NCBI GenBank assembly: GCA_949358305.1
Contig: OX442314.1
Coordinates: 682,001 to 746,000 of the forward strand
Direction of reading: 5' to 3'
DNA: 64,000 bases
From: Strigamia acuminata
Taxonomy: Eukaryota
Numbering within the stretch: position 1 is the first letter of the stretch; each line of letters begins with the position of its first letter. A program made the position numbers and the translations under genes. Shown piece after piece: positions 1 to 11,420 of this stretch. The notes below the pieces were generated by a model that had not been told where the DNA came from, did no database searches, and saw only the letters and a program-made list of their open reading frames with translations.

Positions 1-3000
1 GCTAACTCTTTAACTTCCTGTTCAGCGTTCTCTTTGGCTTCCTTTTGAGCCTTCAATTTAGCCTCCTCTTCGGCTTTTGTTTTAGATTCTTCAGTAGCTT
101 TCCTTTTCGCTTCTTTAGCAACTTTCTTTTTATCTTCCTGTTCAGCTTTCCTTTTAGCTTCTTCAGCAGCATTCAATTTAGCATCTGCTTCAACTTTCAA
201 TTTTGTTTCTATTTCAGCTTTCAATTTAGCTGCTTCTTCGGCTTTCTTTTTAGCTTCTTTAGCAGCATTCAATTTAGCTTCTGTTTCAGCCTTCAATTCA
301 GCTTCCGCTTCGGCTTTCTTTTTAGCTTCCACTTCAGCCTTTAATTTAGCATCTGCTTCAGCTTTACTTTTAGCTTCCGCTTCAGCCTTCAACTTAGCTT
401 CCTCTTCGGCTTTCTTTTTGGCTTCCTGTTCAGCCTTCAATTTGGCTTCTGCTTCGGCTTTCTTTTTAGCTTCCGCTTCAGCCTTTAATCTAGCTTCTTG
501 TTCAGCCTTCAATTTAGCATCTAGTTCAGCCTTCAATTTAGCTTCCTGTTCAGCCTTCGATTTAGCTTCCGCCTCGGCTTTCTTTTTAGCTTCAGCTTCA
601 GCCTTCAATTTCGCTTCTTGTTCAGCCTTCAATTTGGCTTCCACTTCGGCTTTCTTTTTAGCTTCTTGTTCAGCCTTCAATTTGGCTGCTGCTTCAGCTT
701 TCTTAGCTTCCTGTTCAGCCTTCAATTTAGCTGCTGCTTCAGCTTTCTTAGCTTCCTGTTCAGCCTTCAATTTAGCTTCCACTTCGGCTTTCTTCTTAGC
801 TTCTTGTTCGGCCTTCAATTTAGCATTTAGTTCAGCCTTCAATTTGGCTTCCGCTTCAGTTTTCTTCTTAGCTTCTTCTTCAGCCTTCAATTTAGCATCT
901 AGTTCAGCCTTCAATTTGGCTTCCGCTTCGGCTTTCTTCTTAGCTTCTTGTTCAGCCTTCAATTTAGCATCTAGTTCAGCCTTCAATTTGGCTTCCACTT
1001 CGGCTTTCTTCTTAGCTTCTTGTTCAGTCTTCAGTTTAGCTTCCTGTTCAGCCTTCAATTTAGCTTCCGCTTCAGCTTTCCTTTTCGCTTCCGCTTCAGC
1101 TTTTAATTTAGCTTCTTGTTCAGCCTTCAATTTAGCATCTACTACAGCCTTCAATTTGGCTTCCACTTCGGCTTTCTTCTTAGCTTCTTGTTCAGCCTTC
1201 AATTTAGCATCTAGTTCAGCTTTCAATTTAGCTTCCACTTCGGCTTTCTTTTTAGCTTCTTGTTCAGCCTTCAGTTTAGCTTCCTGTTCAGCCTTCAATT
1301 TAGCATCTAATTCAGCTTTCAATTTAGCTTCCACTTCGGCTTTCTTTTTAGCTTCTTGTTCAGCCTTTAGTTTAGCTTCCTGTTCAGCCTTCAATTTAGC
1401 ATCTAGTTCAGCTTTCAATTTAGCTTCCACTTCGGCTTTCTTTTTAGCTTCTTGTTCAGCCTTCAGTTTAGCTTCCTGTTCAGCCTTCAATTTAGCTTCC
1501 GCTTCAGCTTTCCTTTTAGCTTCCGCTTCAGCCTTTAATTTAGCTTCTTGTTCAGCCTTCAATTTAGCTTCTTGTTCAGCCTTCAATTTAGCTTCTTGTT
1601 CAGCCTTCAATTTAGCTTCCTGTTCAGCCTTCAATTTAGCTTCCTGTTCAGCCTTCAATTTAGCTTCCTGTTCAGCCTTCAATTTAGCTTCCTGTTCAGC
1701 CTTCAATTTAGCTTCCGCTTCAGCTTTCCTTTTAGCTTCCGCTTCAGCCTTTAATTTAGCTTCTTGTTCAGCCTTCAATTTAGCTTTTTGTTCAGCCTTC
1801 AATTTAGCTTCTTGTTCAGCCTTCAATTTAACTTCCTGTTCAGCCTTCAATTTAGCTTCCTGTTCAGTCTTCAATTTAGCTTCCTGTTCAGCCTTCAATT
1901 TAGCTTCCGCTTCAGCTTTCCTTTTAGCTTCCGCTTCAGCCTTTAATTTAGCTTCTTGTTCAGCCTTCAATTTAGCTTCTTGTTCAGCCTTCAATTTAGC
2001 TTCCTGTTCAGCCTTCAATTTAGCTTCCTGTTCAGCCTTCAATTTAGCTTCCTGTTCAGCCTTCAATTTAGCTTCCGCTTCAGCTTTCCTTTTAGCTTCC
2101 GCTTCAGCCTTTAATTTAGCTTCTTGTTCAGCCTTCAATTTAGCTTCTTGTTCAGCCTTCAATTTAGCTTCCTGTTCAGCCTTCAATTTAGCTTCCTGTT
2201 CAGCCTTCAATTTAGCTTCCTGTTCAGCCTTCAATTTAGCTTCCGCTTCAGCTTTCCTTTTAGCTTCCGCTTCAGCCTTTAATTTAGCTTCTTGTTCAGC
2301 CTTCAATTTAGCTTCCCGTTCAGCTTTCAATTTGGCTTCCTCTTCAGCTTTGTTTTTAGCTTCCACTTCGGCTTTCTTTTTAGCTTCTGCTTCAACCTTC
2401 AATTTGGCTTCCGCTTCCGCTTTCCTTTTAGCTTCTTGTTCAGCCTTCAATTTAGCTTCCGCTTCAGCCTTTAATTTAGCTTCTTGTTCAGCCCTCATTT
2501 TGGCTTCCTCTTCAGCTTTGTTTTTAGCTTCCACTTCGGCTTTCTTTTTAGCTTCTGCTTCAGCTTTCAATTTGGCTTCCGCTTCCGCTTTCCTTTTAGC
2601 TTCCGCTTCAGCCTTTAATCTAGCTTCTTGTTCAGCCTTCAACTTAGCTTCTTGTTCAGCCTTTAATTTGGCTTCCTCTTCGGCTTTCTTTTTGGCTTCC
2701 TGTTCAGCCTTCAATTTGGCTTCTGCTTCGGCTTTCCTTTTAGCTTCCGCTTCAGCCTTTAATCTAGCTTCTTGTTCAGCCTTCAATTTAGCATCTAGTT
2801 CAGCCTTCAATTTGGCTTCCGCTTCCGCTTTCTTTTTAGCTTCTTGTTCAGCCTTCAATCTAGCCTCTGCTTCGGCTTTCTTTTTAGCTTCCTCTTCAGT
2901 CTTCAATTTAGCTTCTTCAATAGCTTTTCTTGCAGATTCTTCAGCAGCTTTCCTTTTAGTTTCTTCATTAGTTTTCCTTTTACTTTCTCTTTCATTTTTT

Positions 3001-4652
3001 CTTTTTGCTTCTCCAGCTTTATTTTTAGCATCTTCGTTAACTGTCTTGAGAACTGCTTCTTCCGTTTTCCTCTGAGTACCTAATGCAGCTTTCAGGCGAG
3101 AATCTTCAGTGGTTTCCCTTTTCACTTCTTCAACCACCTTCTTAGCTACATCTTCAGCTTTTTGATTTGCTGTTGTTTCAGTCAGTAATTCATCTTTCTT
3201 ATGAATTTCTGCTTGAAGTCGTAGTTTAGCTTCTTCACTTTCTCCTAAAATTCCTTTGTCAGTTTTCACCTTTGCTTCTTCAGTTGTCTTCACATCCACT
3301 TTTTCAGCTAACTTTGTAGTTTTAAATTCAGCCTTCTTTTTACTTTCTTTCTGATCAACCGTTTGTTTTGATTCTTCATGTGTTTTCTTTTCTTTTGCCC
3401 CCTTGGAAGCTTTCTTTACAGCACCCTCAATTGGCTTTTGTTCTTCAGCTGGACTTTTTTCTTCCTCAATTGTTTTATTTTTGTCAACTTTATGTTTAAT
3501 GCTTTCTTGTGTTGATTTTTCTTCATCAGATTCTTTCTCCGACATTTTCCTTTTCGCTTGTTCCTCACCTTTCTTATATTTCCCCTTATTCTTTTCTTTT
3601 GCACCTTTCTTATGCCGTTTACCTTTTTCTGGTGCAATATGTTCATCTTCTTTCACCATAAATTCTTCTCTGCCTGTTCCAACTTCTTGTCTTTCTTCTT
3701 TTATCCCTTCTATCCTTCCGTCCAACTCATCTTCTACATGAAATTGTCCTACATCGTCTTTTTTCTGTTTATGAAATTTTTTCTTTTTCTCTCTCTTCTC
3801 CTTAACCACCATTGGTTCTTCAGTTTTCTCACTTTCTGATATGTGTTTGGTAAGAATATCCATCTGTCCCACAACCACCCTCTTCATTTTTCCTTCTACA
3901 TCACTTGGTTTCAATCTCTCACTTACTGCGGTCTCTCCAATTGGAATCTCAATTTCTTGCACACGTGAGGTTGACACTTCTTTTTGTCCTCCGACATCCG
4001 TCTTTCCTTGAGTTGAAAAAAAGGTCGTCGTCTCTTGTGTCGGTGACCCTGGCGTTGGAGTATGGGGAAATTGGACCGTAGGAGAAGGACAACTCCTCAT
4101 GCCAAACCGAAATGAGTCCCCAGCCCCAACTTCCAATATCTCCAGACCTTGAGCCCCGTCAACTTCGTCTTCCGGAACTTCTCGGCCGTCGATCATCACT
4201 ATCCTGCGTTGTGTCCGTTGCACTTGCACCCGTTGCCGAACAACGTGTTGGCGGACCGTTCTTTGCACTCGTCGGACAGTCACCCGTCTCACCCCATCAA
4301 TTTCCTCCACAATTGTCTCCTCCTCGGGTGCCGACGTCTCTTCGCGCACGAATCTTTCCGAAGACATCGCGCGAGATTCTTGTGGCTCCTCTTCGGCAAC
4401 GACCGTAGCAAGTTCCAGACGTGGAGACGCAGAACGCGAGACAACGGTTTGTTTGTCATGGTGAGTGGTTAGATGGAGACCGTGCACTTGTGTTTGGGAG
4501 GTTTGTTCCACTCTGTAGAAGCGAGATCCATCGGATATCACTTCAATTTGCTTCGACCCTCCACCAGTTGTCGTTAATGGCAACGGAGTTGTGTTTTCAA
4601 GAGCCAAATTGGAAGATACAACCATTTGAGTGCCACCACCTACTTGGCTCAG
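1..4652 (-). CDS. Msp300: Giant exon: low-complexity E/K-rich region then about 120 x 8-aa AKLKAEQE-type repeats (runs off window)
   Basis: Acceptor aattaaatag|CTG AGC CAA at 4652; frame open to position 1; absent from ORF track because there is no stop in the window. Confidence 0.8.
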   Translation of the reverse strand, partial: MSQVGGGTQMVVSSNLALENTTPLPLTTTGGGSKQIEVISDGSRFYRVEQTSQTQVHGLHLTTHHDKQTVVSRSASPRLELATVVAEEEPQESRAMSSERFVREETSAPEEETIVEEIDGVRRVTVRRVQRTVRQHVVRQRVQVQRTQRRIVMIDGREVPEDEVDGAQGLEILEVGAGDSFRFGMRSCPSPTVQFPHTPTPGSPTQETTTFFSTQGKTDVGGQKEVSTSRVQEIEIPIGETAVSERLKPSDVEGKMKRVVVGQMDILTKHISESEKTEEPMVVKEKREKKKKFHKQKKDDVGQFHVEDELDGRIEGIKEERQEVGTGREEFMVKEDEHIAPEKGKRHKKGAKEKNKGKYKKGEEQAKRKMSEKESDEEKSTQESIKHKVDKNKTIEEEKSPAEEQKPIEGAVKKASKGAKEKKTHEESKQTVDQKESKKKAEFKTTKLAEKVDVKTTEEAKVKTDKGILGESEEAKLRLQAEIHKKDELLTETTANQKAEDVAKKVVEEVKRETTEDSRLKAALGTQRKTEEAVLKTVNEDAKNKAGEAKRKNERESKRKTNEETKRKAAEESARKAIEEAKLKTEEEAKKKAEAEARLKAEQEAKKKAEAEAKLKAELDAKLKAEQEARLKAEAEAKRKAEAEAKLKAEQEAKKKAEEEAKLKAEQEAKLKAEQEARLKAEAEAKRKAEAEAKLKAEAEAKKKAEVEAKNKAEEEAKMRAEQEAKLKAEAEAKLKAEQEAKRKAEAEAKLKVEAEAKKKAEVEAKNKAEEEAKLKAEREAKLKAEQEAKLKAEAEAKRKAEAEAKLKAEQEAKLKAEQEAKLKAEQEAKLKAEQEAKLKAEQEAKLKAEAEAKRKAEAEAKLKAEQEAKLKAEQEAKLKAEQEAKLKAEQEAKLKAEQEAKLKAEAEAKRKAEAEAKLKAEQEAKLKTEQEAKLKAEQEVKLKAEQEAKLKAEQKAKLKAEQEAKLKAEAEAKRKAEAEAKLKAEQEAKLKAEQEAKLKAEQEAKLKAEQEAKLKAEQEAKLKAEQEAKLKAEQEAKLKAEAEAKRKAEAEAKLKAEQEAKLKAEQEAKKKAEVEAKLKAELDAKLKAEQEAKLKAEQEAKKKAEVEAKLKAELDAKLKAEQEAKLKAEQEAKKKAEVEAKLKAELDAKLKAEQEAKKKAEVEAKLKAVVDAKLKAEQEAKLKAEAEAKRKAEAEAKLKAEQEAKLKTEQEAKKKAEVEAKLKAELDAKLKAEQEAKKKAEAEAKLKAELDAKLKAEEEAKKKTEAEAKLKAELNAKLKAEQEAKKKAEVEAKLKAEQEAKKAEAAAKLKAEQEAKKAEAAAKLKAEQEAKKKAEVEAKLKAEQEAKLKAEAEAKKKAEAEAKSKAEQEAKLKAELDAKLKAEQEARLKAEAEAKKKAEAEAKLKAEQEAKKKAEEEAKLKAEAEAKSKAEADAKLKAEVEAKKKAEAEAELKAETEAKLNAAKEAKKKAEEAAKLKAEIETKLKVEADAKLNAAEEAKRKAEQEDKKKVAKEAKRKATEESKTKAEEEAKLKAQKEAKENAEQEVKEL

Positions 4653-4706
4653 CTATTTAATTAAGTTAAAACATTCATTTTTTATTATGGTATGGCAAAA
4701 TTATTA

Positions 4707-6268
4707 CTCCCTCTGTCCCAAATTATGGTTTATATTTCTGCTTTTACTTTTGTCCCCATGTATTGTTTACATATTGGTTTAATCTTTATTAAAATACAAA
4801 ACAGATTGAACTTTCATTGATTAGCACTCGTAAAATATTTTTTAGCAGAGTAGCATTGTCGAGTACTCCGTATTTCTTAACTACCGGTATTGCGCATGCG
4901 CCAATCGCAAAAATAGAAAGTGAAAGGAAGAAAAGTAACCAGATTGCTACCTATTGCTAAAGTAACTTTGGCTACTTTCCTTTCGGAAATGATGACGCTT
5001 TTGACATCATTTCCGATGTCAAAAGTAACAAAAAAGAAAGATCCTTCTTTTCTTCGCAAATTGAAACCTGAAACCTGTGATAATTTATGATCTAATCAAC
5101 CAATTGTCATAAAAATTGTACAGAATATGTAAAATACTATTAGGAAATGTGTTATGTTTGGTCAAAAAAATATTTGTTAATTAAACTTGAAAATACCCCA
5201 AAAAGCTGGTGTGTTTATACTTTTGAAACAGACTAGGCGCATTCGAAAAGTCATTAAAACGAGTGTAAACGTGTTTACACTCGTTTTCACACGACATTTA
5301 CACGAATTAATTCGTGTAAATGTCGTGTAAACTGGTTAAACGGAAACGGCCTGTACGCCACGTTTCCGTTTAAAATCTCCGTGCAACAAGTTTTCTCGTA
5401 CAAATCGGGTCTTGCTGGCAGCCATCTTGGATTTTCGTTAGATCGGTTGGAACGATGTCGATCGCAAGAACAATTTTGTAGCAGGTATTAGCCGCATTCT
5501 TGCGATCGAATGCGGCCGATGCTCGACCGCATTTGTACGATCGAATGCGGCCGACGTTCGACCGACGTTTGGCCGCATTTGTACAATCGAATGCGGCCGA
5601 CGTTCGGCCGCGTTTGTGCGATCTAATGCGGCCGGTGTTCGGCCGCATTTGTGCGATTGAGGAGGATGTTCAGCCGATTCCCGTTCTTAAATAAATATTA
5701 ATGATAAAAATAATTAAAATAAATTTACATTTTATAATCATGTTTTTATAATCTCCTGTTTTTTTAGAGTAAACAACAACAATAATGACTCTGGTTATTA
5801 TTTGGACTAATTTAATATTTACACTTGAATTTACACTGAATTTTGCACAGAAATTTATTTTGATACTCGAAAATTGGGTCGTTTAACTTGACATTTACAC
5901 TACCAGTTGCACTGGTCGTTTAGTACTGAATTTTGCACAGAAATTTATTTTGATACTCGAAAATTGGGTCGTTTAACTTGACATTTACACTACCAGTTGC
6001 ACTGGTCGTTTAGTGCAAATTAGTTTTCGAATGCGCCTATGTATTGTATGTTGTTGTGAAACACAACAGGCATCACTTAATTTTGAATGCGTTTTGAAAA
6101 GATTCAACTTAACGATAAAACTAATTTCAAGCAATTCCATATATTGACCAGCACGAGCACTTAATTTTGAGAAATAAAAATAAAAATGAAATGTCATACA
6201 AATCCATCAAGCCGATGATAATCGAATATTCTTTGTAAAAATGTAAACCATAATTTGGGACAGACGAG
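4707..6268. mobile_element. Tc1/mariner (Stowaway-like) MITE containing a nested element
   Basis: TA|CTCCCTCTGTCCCAAATTATGGTTTA ... TAAACCATAATTTGGGACAGACGAG|TA. Confidence 0.7.
5236..6037. mobile_element. Nested palindrome-rich TIR element
   Basis: TA|GGCGCATTCGAAAA ... TTTTCGAATGCGCC|TA; internal tandem duplication of about 90 bp at 5835-6014. Confidence 0.7.
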
Positions 6269-6959
6269 TATTTTTTAAACTGACCCTAGTGTCAATAAGT
6301 TTTCGCTCTCCCCGACCTGTAAACAGTTGTAATTTTGTTTGCATCGAGCGCAATTCAGATATCGAAGCGGAAAGCTCGGGCCATCGCAGCATCAGTGCTC
6401 TTCCTTTTGATTCCAAGTCTTGGCTATCTCTCTTCATTCTTTCGATCTAAAACAAACATTGCTATGCTAATTATCCTTTTCATACAACTCAACCAACTCA
6501 ACTCAACTCAAGAGTGGATTTGGGTCCCCAGATAAAAACTCACCCATTTTACAGGACATTGCTCAGATAAGTTAAACAAAAAAATATGCAACAAAGGTTG
6601 GTCCCAGTAAGTTGGACCAGCTCCCACACTGTCTCTCCCCCCCCCCCCCATCTACTGTGGGCCATTTATTAAGTTTTGATAAATTTTGAGATTTTTTTTC
6701 CTTAAATTTATGAAAAGTTTTCACAATTCTAAGATTTTTTTAAAATGAATTCTGGCATTCCAGTGGACGAATTCGATTAATTTTGCGAGGATTAGCGTAC
6801 AGATTTATTTTAAGCACATAAATCGAGATGTTCCACTTGATTGCACATGGGTCTAAGACCGCCATTTTTTGTTTATTTTTACATGTAAACAAGTTCATTT
6901 TTCTGCTCAATACTGCATTGTTTGTGCATTAAAGTAGATAAAAATACATCTTTTGTGCT

Positions 6960-7360
6960 TAGAAATTAGAAAAATACAACTTTTGAGCTTAGAAATTAGA
7001 AAAGTGCAATTTTTGTGTTTAGAAATTAGAAAAATGCAACTTTTGTGTTCAGAAATTAGAAAAATGCAACTTTTGTGTGTAGAAACTAGAAAAATGCAAC
7101 ATTTGTGCTCAAAAATTTGCTAAAAATGCAAATAAGCTGCAAAAAATTATTAAAAATGCATATTTTGTGCATAAAATTTGCCAAAAAGGCATATTTTGTA
7201 CATAAAATTTGCCAAAAATGCATATTTTGTGCATAAAATTTGCTAAAAAGGCATATTTTGTGCATAAAATTTGCCAAAAAGGCATATTATGTGCATAAAA
7301 TTTGTCAAAAATGCAAATTCTGTGCATAAAATTTGCCAAAAATGCATATTTTGCACACAA
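6960..7360. repeat. Minisatellite, about 29-30 bp
   Basis: agaaattagaaaaatgcaacttttgtg / gcataaaatttgccaaaaatgcatattttgt. Confidence 0.85.
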
Positions 7361-7533
7361 TAAAGCCTAAAGTGCATTTTTGTACCTTCTTCACATCCAA
7401 AGTGACATCCTGATTCCCCACCAGAGATAACAACAATCTTCCCGCACTCCAGCAAAACACTACAGGTCCAAAATCCAATCCCAAATGACACCGTAACAAA
7501 CACGAACAAAACAAAACAAAACAAAACACAAAC

Positions 7534-7620
7534 CTCAGTCTGATCGACCGACGCTCCACCCCGAGCACCAACGTCCACAATTGCCGCCTGCAAACTCCTC
7601 ACGTCCTTCTCGAACTCCTC
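7534..7620 (-). CDS. Msp300: Exon EEFEKDVRSLQAAIVDVGARGGASVDQTE
   Basis: tttgcag acceptor, gtttg donor, 87 nt, phase 0-0. Confidence 0.6.
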
Positions 7621-7833
7621 CTGCAAACACAAACACATCTCAAATACAAAACAACACAAACCAAACACAAAACCAAACACAAACTCAAACGTGCACACGT
7701 ATTAATCAATCATTAATCAATTAATAGAAACAATTAATAGAAACAACCAAATGAATGAAGAATGACGATGAAATAAATCGGTAGCGGATTAGTTCGACTC
7801 GATCATGCAACAATTGCCAATTGCCAATCTGAC

Positions 7834-8583
7834 CTTCGCCAACGATTCTTCGTCACGTTTCCCGACGACCCGAAACGCGGACGGCGAACTGCGCTCGAGT
7901 TGCGTCCGTTTCTGCGTCTTCTCTTGTATCCGCCGCGGACAGGGCGACACGGAGCGGCGCTGCAGCGCCACCCGCGCCGTGAACGGGTCGGGCGTGCGCG
8001 CGCGCTCGATCCGCCGCTCGCTGGCCGGCTGCAGCCCCATGTCCGAGATGAGCGCCTCGGCGTACGTCTGTTTCGACTCCTCGTCCGACGACTCGTGCGA
8101 ACTCGTGCGGATTAACGGCAGTTTGAGTCGCAGCGCCGTTCGAAGTCGATCCGCGTCGAGTGAATTGCGAGTGTCGGCACATGGACTCGCGCTGCGAGAT
8201 CGAACGGCGGGACTGGCGCGTCCGCTCACCACCTCCGCGTAAGTCGGCGCCGTAAGTCGACGCGACGTTGCGACGACGTTCCGCGGCGCGGGCGGCGGCT
8301 TCTCGTCGAGTTGAATCGGCCCCGGCGTCTCCCGACTCGGGCCCCCGAGAAAAGGACTGATTCTGCCCGACGCGACGTCCGCGTACGACGGTCGCGGCGA
8401 TGCTCGTGAGTCGTCGCCCGAGACGCACACGACGATGGGCGCGAAAACGCTCGTCCGTGGCGCGAAAGCCTCCATTTCCGGTTCGGACGGCGGCGACGGC
8501 GGTGGGGTCACGAGCATGGATTCGACCTGGTCGATGCGGTCCTCTAGCTCCTGGATTTGGGTCCGCCAGCGTTCGATGGACTC
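7834..8583 (-). CDS. Msp300: Exon, 250 aa Pro/Ser/Arg-rich with [ST]YA[DE]V motifs
   Basis: aaatag acceptor, AAG|gtcag donor, 750 nt, phase 0-0. Confidence 0.7.
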
Positions 8584-8696
8584 CTATTTTCGAACAGTCA
8601 CGCGTCAACAAACTGCATTGATGAGTTTCAATGCAGTGTGTTGTCTCGGGGCCCGACACTTTCTCTCTTTCTTTCTCTCTCTTTCTCTGCTCTAAA

Positions 8697-8813
8697 TTAG
8701 GAGGAAAATGACGAGCCATCGGGGTCGGGAGTCCCACGTTGGCTGACCACTCTGATCCGGTCGCTCACGGCCGTCACCTTCTCCTCAATTTGTTTGATTT
8801 TCTGACGACAGGC
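8697..8813 (-). CDS. Msp300: Probable alternative terminal coding exon ACRQKIKQIEEKVTAVSDRIRVVSQRGTPDPDGSSFSS*
   Basis: gacgcag acceptor in phase 0; coiled-coil-like sequence continues to TAA at 8697-8699. Confidence 0.65.
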   Translation of the reverse strand, partial: ACRQKIKQIEEKVTAVSDRIRVVSQRGTPDPDGSSFSS

Positions 8814-9099
8814 CTGCGTCGGTGTCACACACAAAAATATTCACTCAAAATCAAAATCAAAATCAAAGCAACAAATGTATATGTATTGCAAGGTGTCGAA
8901 AAAAAGGTTTAGATTGATCGTTACTCGTTGGTTGTGGGCAGTGTTGTTTGATTGGCGTTTCTGTTGTGGTGCAGTTTTAGCCGTTCACGATCCGACGTTT
9001 CGCTGTTGGGATATTTGCGTTTTTCATCCGGCATTGCTTTTGACCACGCAAGATCATAAAAAATAGTGATGTTTATGTTGGCATTTGGCAACAACTCTT

Positions 9100-9810
9100 G
9101 CGAGATTTCACGAGATCATGAGATTTTGCAAAATTTTGCAAGAATTTGCTAGATTTTGCAAGATTTTGCAAGATTTGACCGGTACCGGTACCGTTGTCGC
9201 AAATAACTTAACGAGATTTTGCAAGCTTTTGCTAGATTTTGTGAGATTTTGCAAGATTTTACCGGTACCGGTACCGTTTTCGCAAATAACCTAACGAGAT
9301 TTTGCAAGATTTTGCAAAATTTTGCTAGATTTTTCTAGATTTTGCAAAATATTGCTAGATTTTTCTAGATTTTACAAAAGATTGCTAGATTTTTCTAGAT
9401 TTTGCAAAAGATTGCTAGATTTTGTGAGATTTGCACAATTTTGCGAGATTTTGCGAGATTTTGCAAAATTTTGCTAGATATTTCTAGATTTTGCACAATT
9501 TTGCGAGATTTTGCAAAATTTAGCTAGATTTTTCTAGATTTTGCAAAATATTGCTAGATTTTTCTAGATTTTGCAAAAGATTGCTAGATTTTGTGAGATT
9601 TGCACAATTTTGCTAGATATTTCTAGATTTTGCACAATTTTGCGAGATTTTGCAAAATTTAGCCAGATTTTGCGAGATTTTGCAAAATTTTGCTAGATGT
9701 TGTGAGATTTTGCACAATTTTGCAATATGTTACTAGTACCGGTACCATTGCCGCAAATAACTTAATGAGATTTTGCAAGATTTTGCTAGATTTTGCAAGA
9801 TTTTACCGGT
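9100..9810. repeat. 10-bp-period repeat GATTTTGC(A/T/G)A
   Basis: Direct inspection. Confidence 0.9.
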
Positions 9811-10047
9811 TGCGCAAATAATTTATCTTGAAAGCAAAAGCTCAGATCGTCCAAACGTTTAACACCAAAACGAAAGAGCTGTAAAACTACATCAAAACAA
9901 CAATTAAGCACACACATTCAATTTAAATGTGCGTACATTTTTTTCGATTCCCTGCATATATTCCTTCTCCGGGACCCGACAACAACAACATCAACAGCAA
10001 CAATAACAATTTCCTATTCTATTTCATCCAAATTTTATTTTTCTCAC

Positions 10048-10158
10048 CGTTTGTTCGGCCGATTGTTTCTTGCGGTCGCGGGGACTGAACGTGGGGCTCG
10101 AGACGACGCGCAGATGGTGCTCCGCTTGCGTCACTTGGCTCTTGAGCCGCACAACTTG
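10048..10158 (-). CDS. Msp300: Nesprin exon
   Basis: ttttgcag/gtgag, 111 nt, QVVRLKSQVTQAEHHLRVVSSPTFSP. Confidence 0.8.
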
Positions 10159-10220
10159 CTGCAAAACCAAATAAATCATTTAATTTCGCATTAATTTTGA
10201 CCGATCGATTTTTCTTTTAC

Positions 10221-10433
10221 TTGTTGGTACTGTTCGATTTGCGCGACGCTCGTTTCCAGGGTCCGGTTCTCCTCGCTCACGGTCGTTTGCAGCGATTCCA
10301 ATTGAAGGTGGAGGGATTCGCTTTTCACGACCGTTTCGTTGTCGCACGTGCTCGTGTTTCTCAGATGCACGAGCAGTTTTTCCATGGACATCATCAACTT
10401 GGCTCTTTGGATCGTTAAATCTGCCAAAAGTTT
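10221..10433 (-). CDS. Msp300: Nesprin exon
   Basis: AG/GT, 213 nt, KLLADLTIQRAKLMMSMEKL. Confidence 0.85.
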
Positions 10434-10479
10434 CTAAAAGAGACAAAATAATGTTGAAAATTGATTTAAAGCTTGAAAA

Positions 10480-11410
10480 TCGATTGGAAAGCTTGAAAAA
10501 TGATTAGATAGCTTGAAAATTATTAAAAAGCTTACAAATCAATGGGAACAACTATAGAATCGATTATAAAGCGTGAAAATCGATTATAAAGCGTGAAAAT
10601 CGGTTAACTAACATTCAAAAATCAATTATAAATCTTAAAAATCAATTAATTAAGAGAAATTCAAACAAATAACTTTAAAAAATTGATTAAAAACTTAAAA
10701 AATCGATTAGATAACTTAAGAAATCGATTAGATAACTTAAGAAATCGATTAAAAAGTTTTAAAATAATTAAAAAGCTTACAGCTCAATTTGAAAAGCTTT
10801 AGAATCGATTATAATGCGCGACCGTCGATTACAAAGCTTGAAAATCGATTATAAAGTGTGAAAATCGATTACAAAGCTTGAAAATCGATTATAAAGTGTG
10901 AAAATCGATTATAAATCGTGAAAATCGATTATAAATCGTAAAAATCGATTATAAATTGTGAAAATCGATTATAAATCGTAAAAATCCATTATAAATCGTA
11001 AAAAGCGATTATAATTGGTGAAAATCGATTATAAATCGTAAAAAATTGATTATAAATCGTGAAAAGCGATTATAAATCGTGTAAATCGATTATAAATCGT
11101 GAAAATCGATTATAAATCGTAAAAATCGATTATAAATTGTAAAAATCGATTATAAATCGTAAAAATCGATTATAAATCGTAAAAATCAATTATAATTCGT
11201 GAAAATCGATTATAAATCGTGAAAATCGGTTAAATAACATTCAAAAATCGGTTAAATAACATTCAAAAATCAATTAAAAATCTTTAAAAATTAATTAATT
11301 AACAGAAATTCAAACAAATAACTTAAAAAAATCGATTAAACAACTTAAAAAATCGATTAAACAACTTAAGAAATCGATTAAACAACTTAAAAAAATCGAT
11401 TAAACAACTT
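10480..11410. repeat. 20-bp minisatellite aaaatcgattataaatcgtg
   Basis: Direct inspection. Confidence 0.9.
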
Positions 11411-11420
11411 AAGAAAATAC

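Noticed and set aside
418..3075. 885-aa plus-strand ORF (ASCSAFNL)n and neighbouring FSLQ ORFs
   Set aside because: Antisense shadow of the minus-strand AKLKAEQE repeat exon
7386..7460. Mini-exon SAGRLLLSLVGNQDVTLDVKK
   Set aside because: Donor looks plausible but I found no acceptor giving a phase-compatible open frame
8921..9037. Possible exon MPDEKRKYPNSETSDRERLKLHH
   Set aside because: Weak acceptor, and phase incompatible with the upstream exon
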